Of a DNA stretch of 64,000 bases, positions 48,368-57,939 are shown piece after piece. The stretch's first letter is position 1, and each line of letters begins with the position of its first letter. This DNA is from an uncultured Phycisphaerales bacterium (lineage in GTDB: Bacteria; Planctomycetota; Phycisphaerae; Tepidisphaerales; Tepidisphaeraceae): contig CAVWVQ010000003.1 of NCBI GenBank assembly GCA_963758525.1, positions 1,920,001-1,984,000 on the forward strand, read 5' to 3'. A program made the position numbers and the translations under genes. Below the pieces are notes generated by a model that saw nothing but the letters and a program-made list of their open reading frames with translations, did not search any database and had not been told where the DNA came from.

Positions 48368-49666
48368 CTACTGTTGCGGCGGCCCCTTTCGCAGTGCCGC
48401 GACGAGCTTTTCCGCGCGCCAGACGATCTCCAGATCCTTGTTTTTGGACGCCTGCTGCAGCTTGGGGATCGCGGCGGCGCCCAACTTCAGCAGCGCGTTG
48501 TAGGCCTCCTCGCGCTTCGACCAGGCGGGATCGCCCAATTGGACGATCAGATCGTCCATCTCGCTCCCCATCGCCGGGTCCGCATTCTTGATGATCACGA
48601 TCCCCAGCCGCGCGATTTTGCCTGGCTCCGGCACGACCTCCAGCGGGAGCAGTTGGTCATACTCAGCGTCAGCCATCAGATAAACCACTGTCAGTCGCCG
48701 CGCGTCAAACGCCTCGCTGGCGATGATTTTCGCGATCACCTTGCAGTCGCCATCTGACACGGCGGCCTGCTTCAGCGCCGGCGTCCAGTCTGCCGCAAGA
48801 TCCGCCGCCGGCGCCGGCGCTGATTGAATAAGCTGAGGCGCCACTGCAACCGCGGGCGACGTGGTGGCCGGTTGTGTCGTCACAGAAGGCTCCGTCGTCG
48901 CTTGCATCGTCGCGGCTGCCACGCTCGGCCGGGTTGCTCCCGCCGTCATGGTCGCTGGCTGAGTCGCGGCGGGTTGCGTAGTCGCCTTCTGCTCAGTCTT
49001 CACCGGCGCCATATCCCCCAGCGTCGTGCGGCGCCACATCCGATTTTCGGGCTGATAGAAGCTGAGGTTGCGCAACGTCGTATTGCTGACGTTTTTCACC
49101 ACGATCGAGTGGTCCTCGCCCCTGGTCACTTTCACCGGGCAAACGTAAGGCATATCGACGTCAAAGAGCAGAAATTTCTCGGCCGACCCCTCGGTTGGCG
49201 TGAGATCATCGGATTCCGTTTCTCGCAATGACGTGAACCAATGCGCGGGACTCACCGCCTGCAGGATGCTTGTGCCCGGACTGTCGCTCAACGTCAAATC
49301 GCGCCAAAGCAGTTGCGACGATCGCATTTGCGCCTTCGGCCAGCACGCGAGAAACTTCCCGCCGTTCATTTGCAGCCTGACATCCACCTTCGAATCGGCC
49401 CGGCCGGTCAAGCGAATGACTCCCGTTGGAGACGGGGCATTCTGCGCGTCCGCCGGCGACGCTTGCCGCCGCGAATCCACAAACTCGGGAAGCGTCGATG
49501 TCACCAGGCCGTCGGGATTCAGCCGGTTCTGCGACGCATCGAGCACGAAGACCGACCACTCATGCAATTCGAAACCCGCTGCCGCGGGTTGGGTGGTCTG
49601 GGCTCGCGCGGCGGCAGATTGCCACGCGAGCAAGATCACGACAATCGATCGAAAAGGAGTTCTCAT
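48368..49666 (-). CDS. Secreted hypothetical protein with TTQP linkers and C-terminal HEAT-like repeat
   Basis: Signal peptide; 'LHEWSVF'; 'QLGDPAWSKREEA'. Confidence 0.75.
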   Translation of the reverse strand: MRTPFRSIVVILLAWQSAAARAQTTQPAAAGFELHEWSVFVLDASQNRLNPDGLVTSTLPEFVDSRRQASPADAQNAPSPTGVIRLTGRADSKVDVRLQMNGGKFLACWPKAQMRSSQLLWRDLTLSDSPGTSILQAVSPAHWFTSLRETESDDLTPTEGSAEKFLLFDVDMPYVCPVKVTRGEDHSIVVKNVSNTTLRNLSFYQPENRMWRRTTLGDMAPVKTEQKATTQPAATQPATMTAGATRPSVAAATMQATTEPSVTTQPATTSPAVAVAPQLIQSAPAPAADLAADWTPALKQAAVSDGDCKVIAKIIASEAFDARRLTVVYLMADAEYDQLLPLEVVPEPGKIARLGIVIIKNADPAMGSEMDDLIVQLGDPAWSKREEAYNALLKLGAAAIPKLQQASKNKDLEIVWRAEKLVAALRKGPPQQ

Positions 49667-51053
49667 TGCGGCGCCTTGCGCGGAGCAGCCGTGCGTTCGC
49701 CCAGATCACGCGATCGCCCGCATCCTGACCTTTGCCAAAATCCACTTCCAGCGTCAGCGCCTGCATCCCGGTTACGTCGACGTCGATCTGGATCGGCTTC
49801 TGGTCGCCACGGGCTTCGGGGTTTTCATAAAGCGTCTTCCCATCGCCCAGCACCCGCGCAGACACGCTTCCGGTCTTCCCTTGCGGATCTTCGAATCCGA
49901 GGGTTGTCTGGAAGCGGTCAAAATTCCGCTGGATGTCGAATTGCAACAGACAGCGGGAATGGACCGCGATTCCCCTGGCATAGGTCCCGTCAGAGAGCTT
50001 CAGCGGGCCGCCCTCCAGCGAGCGATCGACTCGGAACGGAATCACCCTTCCGAAAAACGGCGTCTGTTCCACCTTCACCGGCTTGAGGTCGGAAAGATAC
50101 TCGATGCGTCCGCCGAGAAAGTCGATGGAGTTCACTTGATTCACGGGAAGTTTGATCGTGGCCCCCCAGGCGGAACGGACCGTGAGAGCTTTTCTGTCCA
50201 TGCCCGTCCACGCGCCAGTCATCACATCACCCGAACTGAGCCGCATCGCCTGGCGGAATGACTCGCTCTGCCCGGCGGTCGTCCCGCTGGCAAAGACAAT
50301 TCCCACCAGACGGGCCAACGCAATCTTTCGCTCCTCGTCTCCCATGCGGAAACGCAGCGCGTCCCCGGCGACACCAATCGCCGATCCCTTCACGGTGACC
50401 ACGTTGCCAGCTTTCTCCACAAACACAACATCATAGGCCCCGGCGTCGATTTTCATCGCGGCGGCCTTCTTCAATAGCGCGTCCGCGCCGCACCATAGTT
50501 CGAGGAGTTGATTGCCCGGAACCTCGAGCATCTGCCCTGGTGACGCGTCCAGATTCATCGTCAGCTTTTGTTCCGCCCATTGACTGAGATGGCCGTGCAG
50601 GGCGTCGCCGCTCTTGAGCATCATCAACCAGTCAATGGCCGACGCCGGACGCGATGTGGCCTGTGGCGGCGCTTCCGCAGCCGCGGGTGATGGTGTCACC
50701 GTCTGCTCCGGCTGCTCCGACGCATCTGAATCGGAGGGAGACGAGCCGCCGAAGATCGACCCCAGCGTTCCGAGAATGCTCTGCTGCCCTTCCGACGCCG
50801 GGTGCTGGGCTGCCCGCGCCGATGGTTCGCGCAGCACCACCTGCGCGATATCCGTCAGATCGATGGACATGCGCGTGGCCGGCTGCGTTGTTCCCCTGCG
50901 GTTGACGGTGAGCTTCCCGTCGGCCAGCGATATCAAATCGCCGCGGACGGTGGTCTGATCGATTAAGCGCACGGTCGCGGCGCCCAAAGACGCGCTTTGC
51001 GCCCACAAACAGATCATGCCCGCAATGAGGATTCGAACGATCGGCGTTTTCAT
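49560..51053 (-). CDS. NPCBM/NEW2 domain protein
   Basis: C-terminal 'YLSDLKP...YARGIAVHS...LEVDFG...DRVIWANARL'; 3' end possibly frameshifted. Confidence 0.8.
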   Translation of the reverse strand: MKTPIVRILIAGMICLWAQSASLGAATVRLIDQTTVRGDLISLADGKLTVNRRGTTQPATRMSIDLTDIAQVVLREPSARAAQHPASEGQQSILGTLGSIFGGSSPSDSDASEQPEQTVTPSPAAAEAPPQATSRPASAIDWLMMLKSGDALHGHLSQWAEQKLTMNLDASPGQMLEVPGNQLLELWCGADALLKKAAAMKIDAGAYDVVFVEKAGNVVTVKGSAIGVAGDALRFRMGDEERKIALARLVGIVFASGTTAGQSESFRQAMRLSSGDVMTGAWTGMDRKALTVRSAWGATIKLPVNQVNSIDFLGGRIEYLSDLKPVKVEQTPFFGRVIPFRVDRSLEGGPLKLSDGTYARGIAVHSRCLLQFDIQRNFDRFQTTLGFEDPQGKTGSVSARVLGDGKTLYENPEARGDQKPIQIDVDVTGMQALTLEVDFGKGQDAGDRVIWANARLLRARRRNENSFSIDCRDLARVAICRRASPDHPTRGSGFRIA

Positions 51054-51085
51054 GAAGGCTGATGAGTCTGAAAGGAGGCCCGATT

Positions 51086-51804
51086 TCAAGGCGCCGCCGG
51101 CTGCGTGGCCGGCCCCGTCGACGTCCCGCCAGCGTCCGCGCCGACCTGCCCATGGGCCAACTGGTTGTAATAACTCGAGAGCACCGCTTCATATCCGGGC
51201 GGGAATCCTTCAGTTTGCGATTGAAGGATCTGCTCGCGCTCTTTTGGAGGAAGCTGACCCCATACTCTGGTTCCCGCCTGTGCATCATGCAACGGCCCCT
51301 GCCCGCCGGGGCCTTTGGCAAGGGTCGAATGCTGCATCGGTTTGGTCGGATTGGGATTGCTTCCGCTTCCGCCGGCTTTGGTTTGCCTTTCCAGTTCCGT
51401 AATGATTTCGTCCAGTCCGGCCAGCACCGCTTTCTGTTTCGCCTGAACGGGCGGGCCGGTGAGCATGTCGCCCAGGTCATGTGCGATGTCGTTCATCTGC
51501 TTTGCCAGGGGCGGGAGCGGATCACCCGAGTCGACCGGCTCCTTCGGCACCTTGCTGCTGCACCGCAATTCCGGATGGTTTCTGCGCAGTCGGGAAGTGG
51601 CACTCGTCGGCCAGGCGACCTTCTGTATGCCGCCACACGCCTCTGGTCCCCTCTCCCGGTACCCCGGGAGAGCGCTGGAGTCGACGCTGCGCCAGTCGCG
51701 GCAGTTGCGAGCGGGGTAAATTCCAACGGCGTCGCTGACCAGCAAAACAATACGAAAATCGGCGCCAACCGCCGCATGCCTGATTTGGAATTGAATGCAC
51801 TCAT
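51086..51804 (-). CDS. Secreted hypothetical protein of MoxR-BatA operons (frameshift in N-terminal part)
   Basis: C-terminal 'WGQLPPKEREQILQ...FPPGYEAVLSSYYNQLA'; signal peptide in the adjacent frame. Confidence 0.6.
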
Positions 51805-51806
51805 AA

Positions 51807-53246
51807 TCAGTTCTTCCCCGTCAGCTCGGCGTCGAGGGCCTCGGTTGCCTTCAGTACGTCCAACTGACGGTCGCGGACCGCATTGATCCGCGCCTCCATC
51901 GCCGGATCAACCGATGGCGCCGTCGCCGGCACATCTCTCGGGCGGTCGCCGTCCACCCGAAGGGTCTGCACATCCACGCGCGCCTGCATCATCCGCAGCA
52001 CCTTCAACTCGGCCAGCAGCTTGTTCTTGTTCCCCTTGCAGTGACATTCCCCTGCCGGCCCGGGGTTGGATGCCAGTTGCTTGAACGTATCCAGCAAATC
52101 CTTCAGATCAGCCTCGATTTGCTTCTGGTTGGCCACGAGAACCGCGTCGGCACTGCCGGATTGAAGTTGATCGCCGACCGAAGCCATATCGGCACGAATT
52201 TCCTTCAGCGCGTCCGGCAGCGCCACACTGAATTCCGTTTGTTGAATCAGATCGATGGTCTGGTCGCAAATCCGAATAATTCCCGCCTCGTTGGGAGCCA
52301 GTTGCTGCACGCGAAGGACTGTCGTCGGATCGCCGGATGGCAAATGTCCCACCACCGCCTCGGTCGCCCCGCGCACATTCTTCTGGCGGTCGAGCATTTC
52401 GGTGAGATTCTCGATCACCTGCTTGCGCACCTCGGCCTGCAGCTCGGCGAGGATCTTCTGCTTTTCCTTCTCAAGATCGTCGTGCGCCTTCTGCATCTGA
52501 TCCACCGCCTGCTGCTGCAATCCCTGCGCGTCTGATGGCTTGCTCGCCCCCAGGCTTCCCTCCGCCAGCGACATGCTCTGCGACGCCTTGCCCAGGCCGT
52601 CGGCCGCCTTGGCGGGACCGGGCCCCAGGTCCTTGAGCGTCTGATTCAGCGCCTCGGTTGTCTGGCGGTTCTGCTTCTGCTCCTGCCCCGGCCCGGGCAT
52701 CTTCTTCGGATCGAACTGCCCGGTCTTGGCGAGATTTCCCGATTGGTCGCGCTGACGCTTTTCTTCCTTGATTGCCGCGTCCAGCTTCACCATCGCGGCG
52801 TTCAACTGCTTGAGCCGTTCCAGTTGCATCTGCAGATCGAGGTCCGCCGAGGTGAGCAGCTTCCGCAATTCTTCCAGCTTCAACAAAACCTGGGCCTGCT
52901 CTTCGTTCGCCTTGGAGAGATCCGCGATGGTCAGCCGATCCAGCACGTCGCGCATCTGTTCGATGATCAGATCTTCCCGCGCCTTACGAAGGGCCATCAG
53001 CAATCGCGATGAATCATCCGGCTCGGTCTCGCGGGTCAGGTCGGCCAGTTGAAACATCCGCTCCTGCAACTCCTGCATTTCCGCTTCCACTGTCTTCTGC
53101 TGAAATTGAACCTGATCCGCCGTCGAAGCGACCGGCGTGGCGTCAGCGCCGAATGCGGAGTGCGCGACTGTGAAAAATGGAATTAGCGCCGTGGCGACCG
53201 ACATCAACCAGGAAGTTTGTCGCAAGGAAAGTCTCATCTGAAACAT
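51807..53246 (-). CDS. Secreted coiled-coil protein
   Basis: Signal peptide; Q/E/L-rich heptads; 'LLAELKVLRMMQ'. Confidence 0.75.
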   Translation of the reverse strand: MFQMRLSLRQTSWLMSVATALIPFFTVAHSAFGADATPVASTADQVQFQQKTVEAEMQELQERMFQLADLTRETEPDDSSRLLMALRKAREDLIIEQMRDVLDRLTIADLSKANEEQAQVLLKLEELRKLLTSADLDLQMQLERLKQLNAAMVKLDAAIKEEKRQRDQSGNLAKTGQFDPKKMPGPGQEQKQNRQTTEALNQTLKDLGPGPAKAADGLGKASQSMSLAEGSLGASKPSDAQGLQQQAVDQMQKAHDDLEKEKQKILAELQAEVRKQVIENLTEMLDRQKNVRGATEAVVGHLPSGDPTTVLRVQQLAPNEAGIIRICDQTIDLIQQTEFSVALPDALKEIRADMASVGDQLQSGSADAVLVANQKQIEADLKDLLDTFKQLASNPGPAGECHCKGNKNKLLAELKVLRMMQARVDVQTLRVDGDRPRDVPATAPSVDPAMEARINAVRDRQLDVLKATEALDAELTGKN

Positions 53247-53353
53247 CGCTTCACCCCGAGATTCGTTTCGGCCTGGATCCAAGGCCGTAATTATGCCGCG
53301 GATCGCGCGATTGTCACTCATTAAATTCCCGTCAAATCACCAATCACCAGCCT

Positions 53354-55483
53354 TCACTTCTCAAAAATCCCCTCCGTTTCCTGCTTTTTCAACAGCTTCG
53401 TGCTCTGCTCGGCTTGATCCTGAATCCGGATGATCTCGTTCAACTGATTCAACACGTCCACGAAGCTGTCCCACTGCGACATCTGCTTGAGAATCTCCTC
53501 CATTTTGGCAACGATCTGCACCTGTCGATCGCCCGCGTCCGCCAGCGCCTTCGCATCCCGCGGCTTGAGGTTGTCCAGGGCGTCTTTCTGCGGCGTAAAC
53601 AGCTCGTCGTTGAGGTTCTTCAATGGCGTCAGCACGTTTTTCTCAATCAATTCATAAGCTTCATCAGTCGCCAGGGCGTTGAGCCTCATTTCCGTGACGG
53701 TCTCGGAGATCGCGGTATCGATGCCGGTCACCTCGCGCTGGATCGCTCGATTGCGATGAGCCATGTCCCCGATGGCCTCGCTTGTCGCCAGCTTTGGCAA
53801 CTCGTCGCGCATCATCCGCGCTTCGTCCGTCTGCTTGCGAAATTTGGCGCGCTCCGCCTTTTCGCGGAGCAAAATCTCGCGGAATAATTCTTCGGGCGGC
53901 ACGATCCGGAAAGTCACTTGGCGCGACTGGCTTGCCTGCGGGCCAACGTAGCAATGATCGACCGCCGTCGCGTTCACCGTCAGCAGTGATCCAGGCGGCA
54001 ATTTCATCGCCTCAAGTTCCACCGTCCGCTGCTGCTGCACTTCCAATTCCATCGTGGGAATGACCGGGCCATACAGCGACAGGGCGCTGCTCTCTGCAAT
54101 CAGGTGTCCGGCGCTGGTCGGATCAGGCCGCTCCGCCTTGAGCGCCATCCCGACGCCGGCAACGCCATAGTCGTCGCGTGCGTCGACCGTCATCGGAATC
54201 CTCGCGCACGGCGTCACGCGCTGATGAACCCCGGAATACGCCAGCGTCACCCGCGGCGGCTGATCGACCTTCAATCCAATCGCTACATCCGTCGGCGCAG
54301 ACGTCAGGCGGGCGTCGCGGGAAATCAACTCGATCTGCATCTGCACGTTCCGCTCCTGCGTCCAGTCGATTGCAAAATGCTCTTCATCGATCTGCCGCAA
54401 TTGCGACTGCGACGGCTGCGTTGTCGATGAGGCAATTCTTGCCTCGGCGATCGGCGTGTTGGAACTGAAGAGCAACTGCATCTTCGTTTGCGGCAGGAAC
54501 GACAAGTCCGCATCCGTCCCGCTGAACAGGTACGTCTGAGCCATGGCCTCGGTCGGATGCCGGGCAATCAGTTTCAAGTCGGTGATCTTCGGCCTTTCAG
54601 CGGGCCTGATGGTAAATGGCTCCATCACGTCGTCCCCGCCCCATACTTCAACTGTCGTCGCCGAACGGATTCCCGAGAAGTCATATCGATAATCGTTTGG
54701 ACCAAAGTTCGTCAGCGTCGCCCGGACCCGGTTTGCGGAACCTTCGCGAAACGCCATCGACACCTTCTCCGGCGCCAGCGTCCCCGGCTTGGCGCTGACG
54801 CGCAGCGCAAACGCCTCGCCGCTGGGCACGACGATCACGCCGTCCGTGAGCCCCGCCACCTGCAGATACGTCTTTTGCGGCCAGGGGGTGTTCGATCCCA
54901 GCATCATTCGCGCCGCCCAGAGCCGCGTGGTCGCGGGCGCGAGCAGAAAAATAAGCGCGGGCAGGATGACCGCTGCCGCGATCACGCTTGCCGCCACATT
55001 CCGTCGTCGATCATCAAGCCTGCTGCCAAAATCCAATCCCGCCAGCGCCGCATGACTTGTCGCAACCGCCTGATGCACCATCGCGGCTGATGGAGCCGAG
55101 GCGCCGTGCAGCAGCGAAGGCAAATCCAGCACAGTGGCGATGCGCGGCGCGATCGCCGCGCTGCCCGGTTTTCCGTCGAGCGCGCAGGCGAGGGTCATCG
55201 CATCCAGCTTCAGCCGCAATGGCCCGACGATTTGCTGCCATGCGAAGACAGCCAGCGCCCCCAGCGCGGAGACGAGCATCGCGATGCGCACCGGAGCAGA
55301 GAGGCGAAACGTCCGATCCGCGACAAACGTCAAAAGAGCCGCGAGGACAATCGCCGCCGCGACTTGCGCCGCGCCCTCGAGCAGCAGTCGCGACCGCACT
55401 CTGCGCCGGAACCCTGCCATGCGATCCAGCAACGACCGGCGCGCTTCATCCGGCATGATGTTGGGGAAATCGAGCACGGTCAT
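53354..55483 (-). CDS. DUF4175-like membrane protein with Ig-like and coiled-coil regions
   Basis: N-terminal TM helices; 'DQPPRV', 'ARDDYGV'. Confidence 0.7.
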   Translation of the reverse strand: MTVLDFPNIMPDEARRSLLDRMAGFRRRVRSRLLLEGAAQVAAAIVLAALLTFVADRTFRLSAPVRIAMLVSALGALAVFAWQQIVGPLRLKLDAMTLACALDGKPGSAAIAPRIATVLDLPSLLHGASAPSAAMVHQAVATSHAALAGLDFGSRLDDRRRNVAASVIAAAVILPALIFLLAPATTRLWAARMMLGSNTPWPQKTYLQVAGLTDGVIVVPSGEAFALRVSAKPGTLAPEKVSMAFREGSANRVRATLTNFGPNDYRYDFSGIRSATTVEVWGGDDVMEPFTIRPAERPKITDLKLIARHPTEAMAQTYLFSGTDADLSFLPQTKMQLLFSSNTPIAEARIASSTTQPSQSQLRQIDEEHFAIDWTQERNVQMQIELISRDARLTSAPTDVAIGLKVDQPPRVTLAYSGVHQRVTPCARIPMTVDARDDYGVAGVGMALKAERPDPTSAGHLIAESSALSLYGPVIPTMELEVQQQRTVELEAMKLPPGSLLTVNATAVDHCYVGPQASQSRQVTFRIVPPEELFREILLREKAERAKFRKQTDEARMMRDELPKLATSEAIGDMAHRNRAIQREVTGIDTAISETVTEMRLNALATDEAYELIEKNVLTPLKNLNDELFTPQKDALDNLKPRDAKALADAGDRQVQIVAKMEEILKQMSQWDSFVDVLNQLNEIIRIQDQAEQSTKLLKKQETEGIFEK

Positions 55484-55490
55484 AAAACCT

Positions 55491-57929
55491 CTACACCAAT
55501 CGCATTCGCTTCCGTAAAACCCACTCGAGAATGATCGCCGTCAGCATCGTTCCATAGATCGCCGGCGCGTCCCAGATCTCCTGGCGATCCTCCAGCGTTC
55601 TGCCTACGCGATGCGTTTTGAACGCGTCGGGAATCTCCGTCGCGTCGGCCAGTTGAAACACTCTCCCGGTCCCGGCAGAGCGCGCGATCGCCTGCAGCGT
55701 CGTCAGATCGACGGTCGGATGATCGAATTCGAGATTCGGCAATTCCACCGGCACCTCCAGCGTCGCCGCCCGCGTGCCCGCCTTCATGTCCGGCTCGCCC
55801 GCCCACACCCGAACGAGGTGCGTTCCCGCCTTTTCAACCGGAAACGTCGCTTCATACTGATGCGGATCGCTCTTTCGCGGGGTCAGCGTGATCTGTGTCG
55901 GCGTGTCATCTCCGACCTGCACTTCGCCGTGCATCGATTCGAGGCCGGCATCGCGATCCGCCGGGTTGTCAAAACTTGCCACGAGCGTCACCTGGCTCCC
56001 GGGCCGGTAGCTCGTGCGATCCGTCGTCAATGTGTAGGGATACCTGCCGCCCAGTTGCTTGCTTCGCCCGGCACGATCGACCATGTGCGCCCAGAAGCTG
56101 TCGAAGAATCGGTCGTCCAGATACCGCCACCGATACGTCGAATCGAAAGCGCAGAAAAACGTCCGGCCCGGCCCGACCAGTTGCGTCGCCAGCAATACGT
56201 GCGGTCCATATTCATTGCGCATCCGCGGATCAGCGTGCCGCGCCAGCACCGTCGCCCCCGGCCGGGGACGCGTCACCGGAAAATACCAGAACATCCCGGG
56301 CAGGCTCGACAAAATCGTTTCGTTGTCCTCCGGCCGGTCGGAAAATGTGAAGATCGGATCGCTCTTTCCTTCCGGCGTGATCTCCAGCTTCCACGGCGAC
56401 TGCGTCGAAAGCTTTACCGTCACGTCCGTGTGATACAACCCCGGCTCGACCATCACCGGCAGAAGATTCAGCCACGAGAGCGCCGGATCATCCGGCCGGT
56501 CGTACAGGTCCTTGGTATTTCGCTCGCCCGCGACGTAGATCAGCCCGCCGCCCGCCTTGGCGACAAAGTCATTGAGCAACTGTGGATAGTCCGCCGGCCA
56601 TGCGCTCGGATCGGGGTCATACAGAATGATGCAGTCAAAATCGTTGAGCTCTTCAGCCGTCTCCGGCAGTCGTTTCAGTCTCGGCGCTCCGGGTTGCTCG
56701 TAATCGGCGTCCGCCGTCTGCAGCCAGGTGCTTGCGCTGATGGCGTTGTCGCGAAGCAGCATCGCCCGGATGAATTCCACTTCGGGAAAGGTTTCCCCCG
56801 CGATAAACAGAACCTTGATCTTGTCGCGGATCGCCCGCACGTCGGTGATGGCCGAGTGATCGCTCGCCTGCAACTCCGGACCGGCGCCTTCCAGGCTGGC
56901 GCGCATTTGCAGCTTCGCCGGAGTCTCGGCGGAAAATTCGAACGTTGCCGTCTGAAGTTGCCCCGTCTCTTCCAGAACGATCGGCTGACGCCCGATTTCT
57001 TCCCACGGCCCGCCGTCGCGGGCCCGCTCCAGCACGACTGTCGCCGGCTGATGCGCCATCCCGCGCGATTCGACCAGCACGTGCAACTGATTCGGGTCGC
57101 GAACGAACACCACCGGCGATACGTCGATCTTGGTGATCTTCGCCGAGCGCGGCCCGTCGATCGTTCCCAGCGCCAGCGGAACGACGGGAACGCCTTCCGC
57201 CGCGGCAAGCTCTGCGGCCTTCGCCGGGCTCTCGCCGGCGTTGGATTGCCCGTCGGTCAGCAGCAGAATCCCCGCGACCGGCTGTCCCTGATACGCTGCG
57301 ATCGCCTGACGGATCGCCGCGCCGACGGCGGTTGCCGATCGGTCTTCGGCGACGATCGATTCATTTGGCCGTGTTGTCGGTTGCGTCGACGCGGCGCTGG
57401 TCAGTCTCGTGGCAAAATTATGGCGGCGCACCAGGCGGTCTCCGTTGGCTCCCAGCGCCGCCAACAGCCCGTTGCCCAGCGCACGCTCTCCCAGCGTGCG
57501 GCGCGACAGTCGTCGCAAGTCGTTCACTCCGCCGGTGAGTTTCAATGCCTTGGCCGTCTCCGCGGCGACATGTTCGTCCACATACGCGTCGCGCAAATCC
57601 ATCGATTCGGAGCTGTCGCTCAAAACGATCAGGTTCGACGGCACGTACTCGGTCTTATCGAAAATCAGCACCGGCTCGAGCAGCATGATCAGCACGCTCC
57701 CCAGCACGATCAGCCGGAGCAGCACGAGCGACCAGAGACTCACCGGATGAAGCGCCTTTCCCTCGCGCCGGTAGAGAAGCGACACCACCCAGATCGCGCC
57801 CGCCACTGCCACCGCCAGCAGCAGCGCGGCATCGTGCTTCGGCATCGAGAGCCATTCGAGCTTCCACACACCGCCGCGCACCCAGGAGCTCGGGCGGATG
57901 TTGAAGATGAATTCGATGAGTCTTTCCAT
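55491..57929 (-). CDS. Membrane protein with vWA and GATase-like domains
   Basis: MIDAS 'DSSESM', 'LLTDGQSN', 'GGGLIYVAG', 'DSTYRWR', C-terminal 'EWVLRKR'. Confidence 0.85.
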   Translation of the reverse strand: MERLIEFIFNIRPSSWVRGGVWKLEWLSMPKHDAALLLAVAVAGAIWVVSLLYRREGKALHPVSLWSLVLLRLIVLGSVLIMLLEPVLIFDKTEYVPSNLIVLSDSSESMDLRDAYVDEHVAAETAKALKLTGGVNDLRRLSRRTLGERALGNGLLAALGANGDRLVRRHNFATRLTSAASTQPTTRPNESIVAEDRSATAVGAAIRQAIAAYQGQPVAGILLLTDGQSNAGESPAKAAELAAAEGVPVVPLALGTIDGPRSAKITKIDVSPVVFVRDPNQLHVLVESRGMAHQPATVVLERARDGGPWEEIGRQPIVLEETGQLQTATFEFSAETPAKLQMRASLEGAGPELQASDHSAITDVRAIRDKIKVLFIAGETFPEVEFIRAMLLRDNAISASTWLQTADADYEQPGAPRLKRLPETAEELNDFDCIILYDPDPSAWPADYPQLLNDFVAKAGGGLIYVAGERNTKDLYDRPDDPALSWLNLLPVMVEPGLYHTDVTVKLSTQSPWKLEITPEGKSDPIFTFSDRPEDNETILSSLPGMFWYFPVTRPRPGATVLARHADPRMRNEYGPHVLLATQLVGPGRTFFCAFDSTYRWRYLDDRFFDSFWAHMVDRAGRSKQLGGRYPYTLTTDRTSYRPGSQVTLVASFDNPADRDAGLESMHGEVQVGDDTPTQITLTPRKSDPHQYEATFPVEKAGTHLVRVWAGEPDMKAGTRAATLEVPVELPNLEFDHPTVDLTTLQAIARSAGTGRVFQLADATEIPDAFKTHRVGRTLEDRQEIWDAPAIYGTMLTAIILEWVLRKRMRLV

Positions 57930-57939
57930 GAATCGCCGT

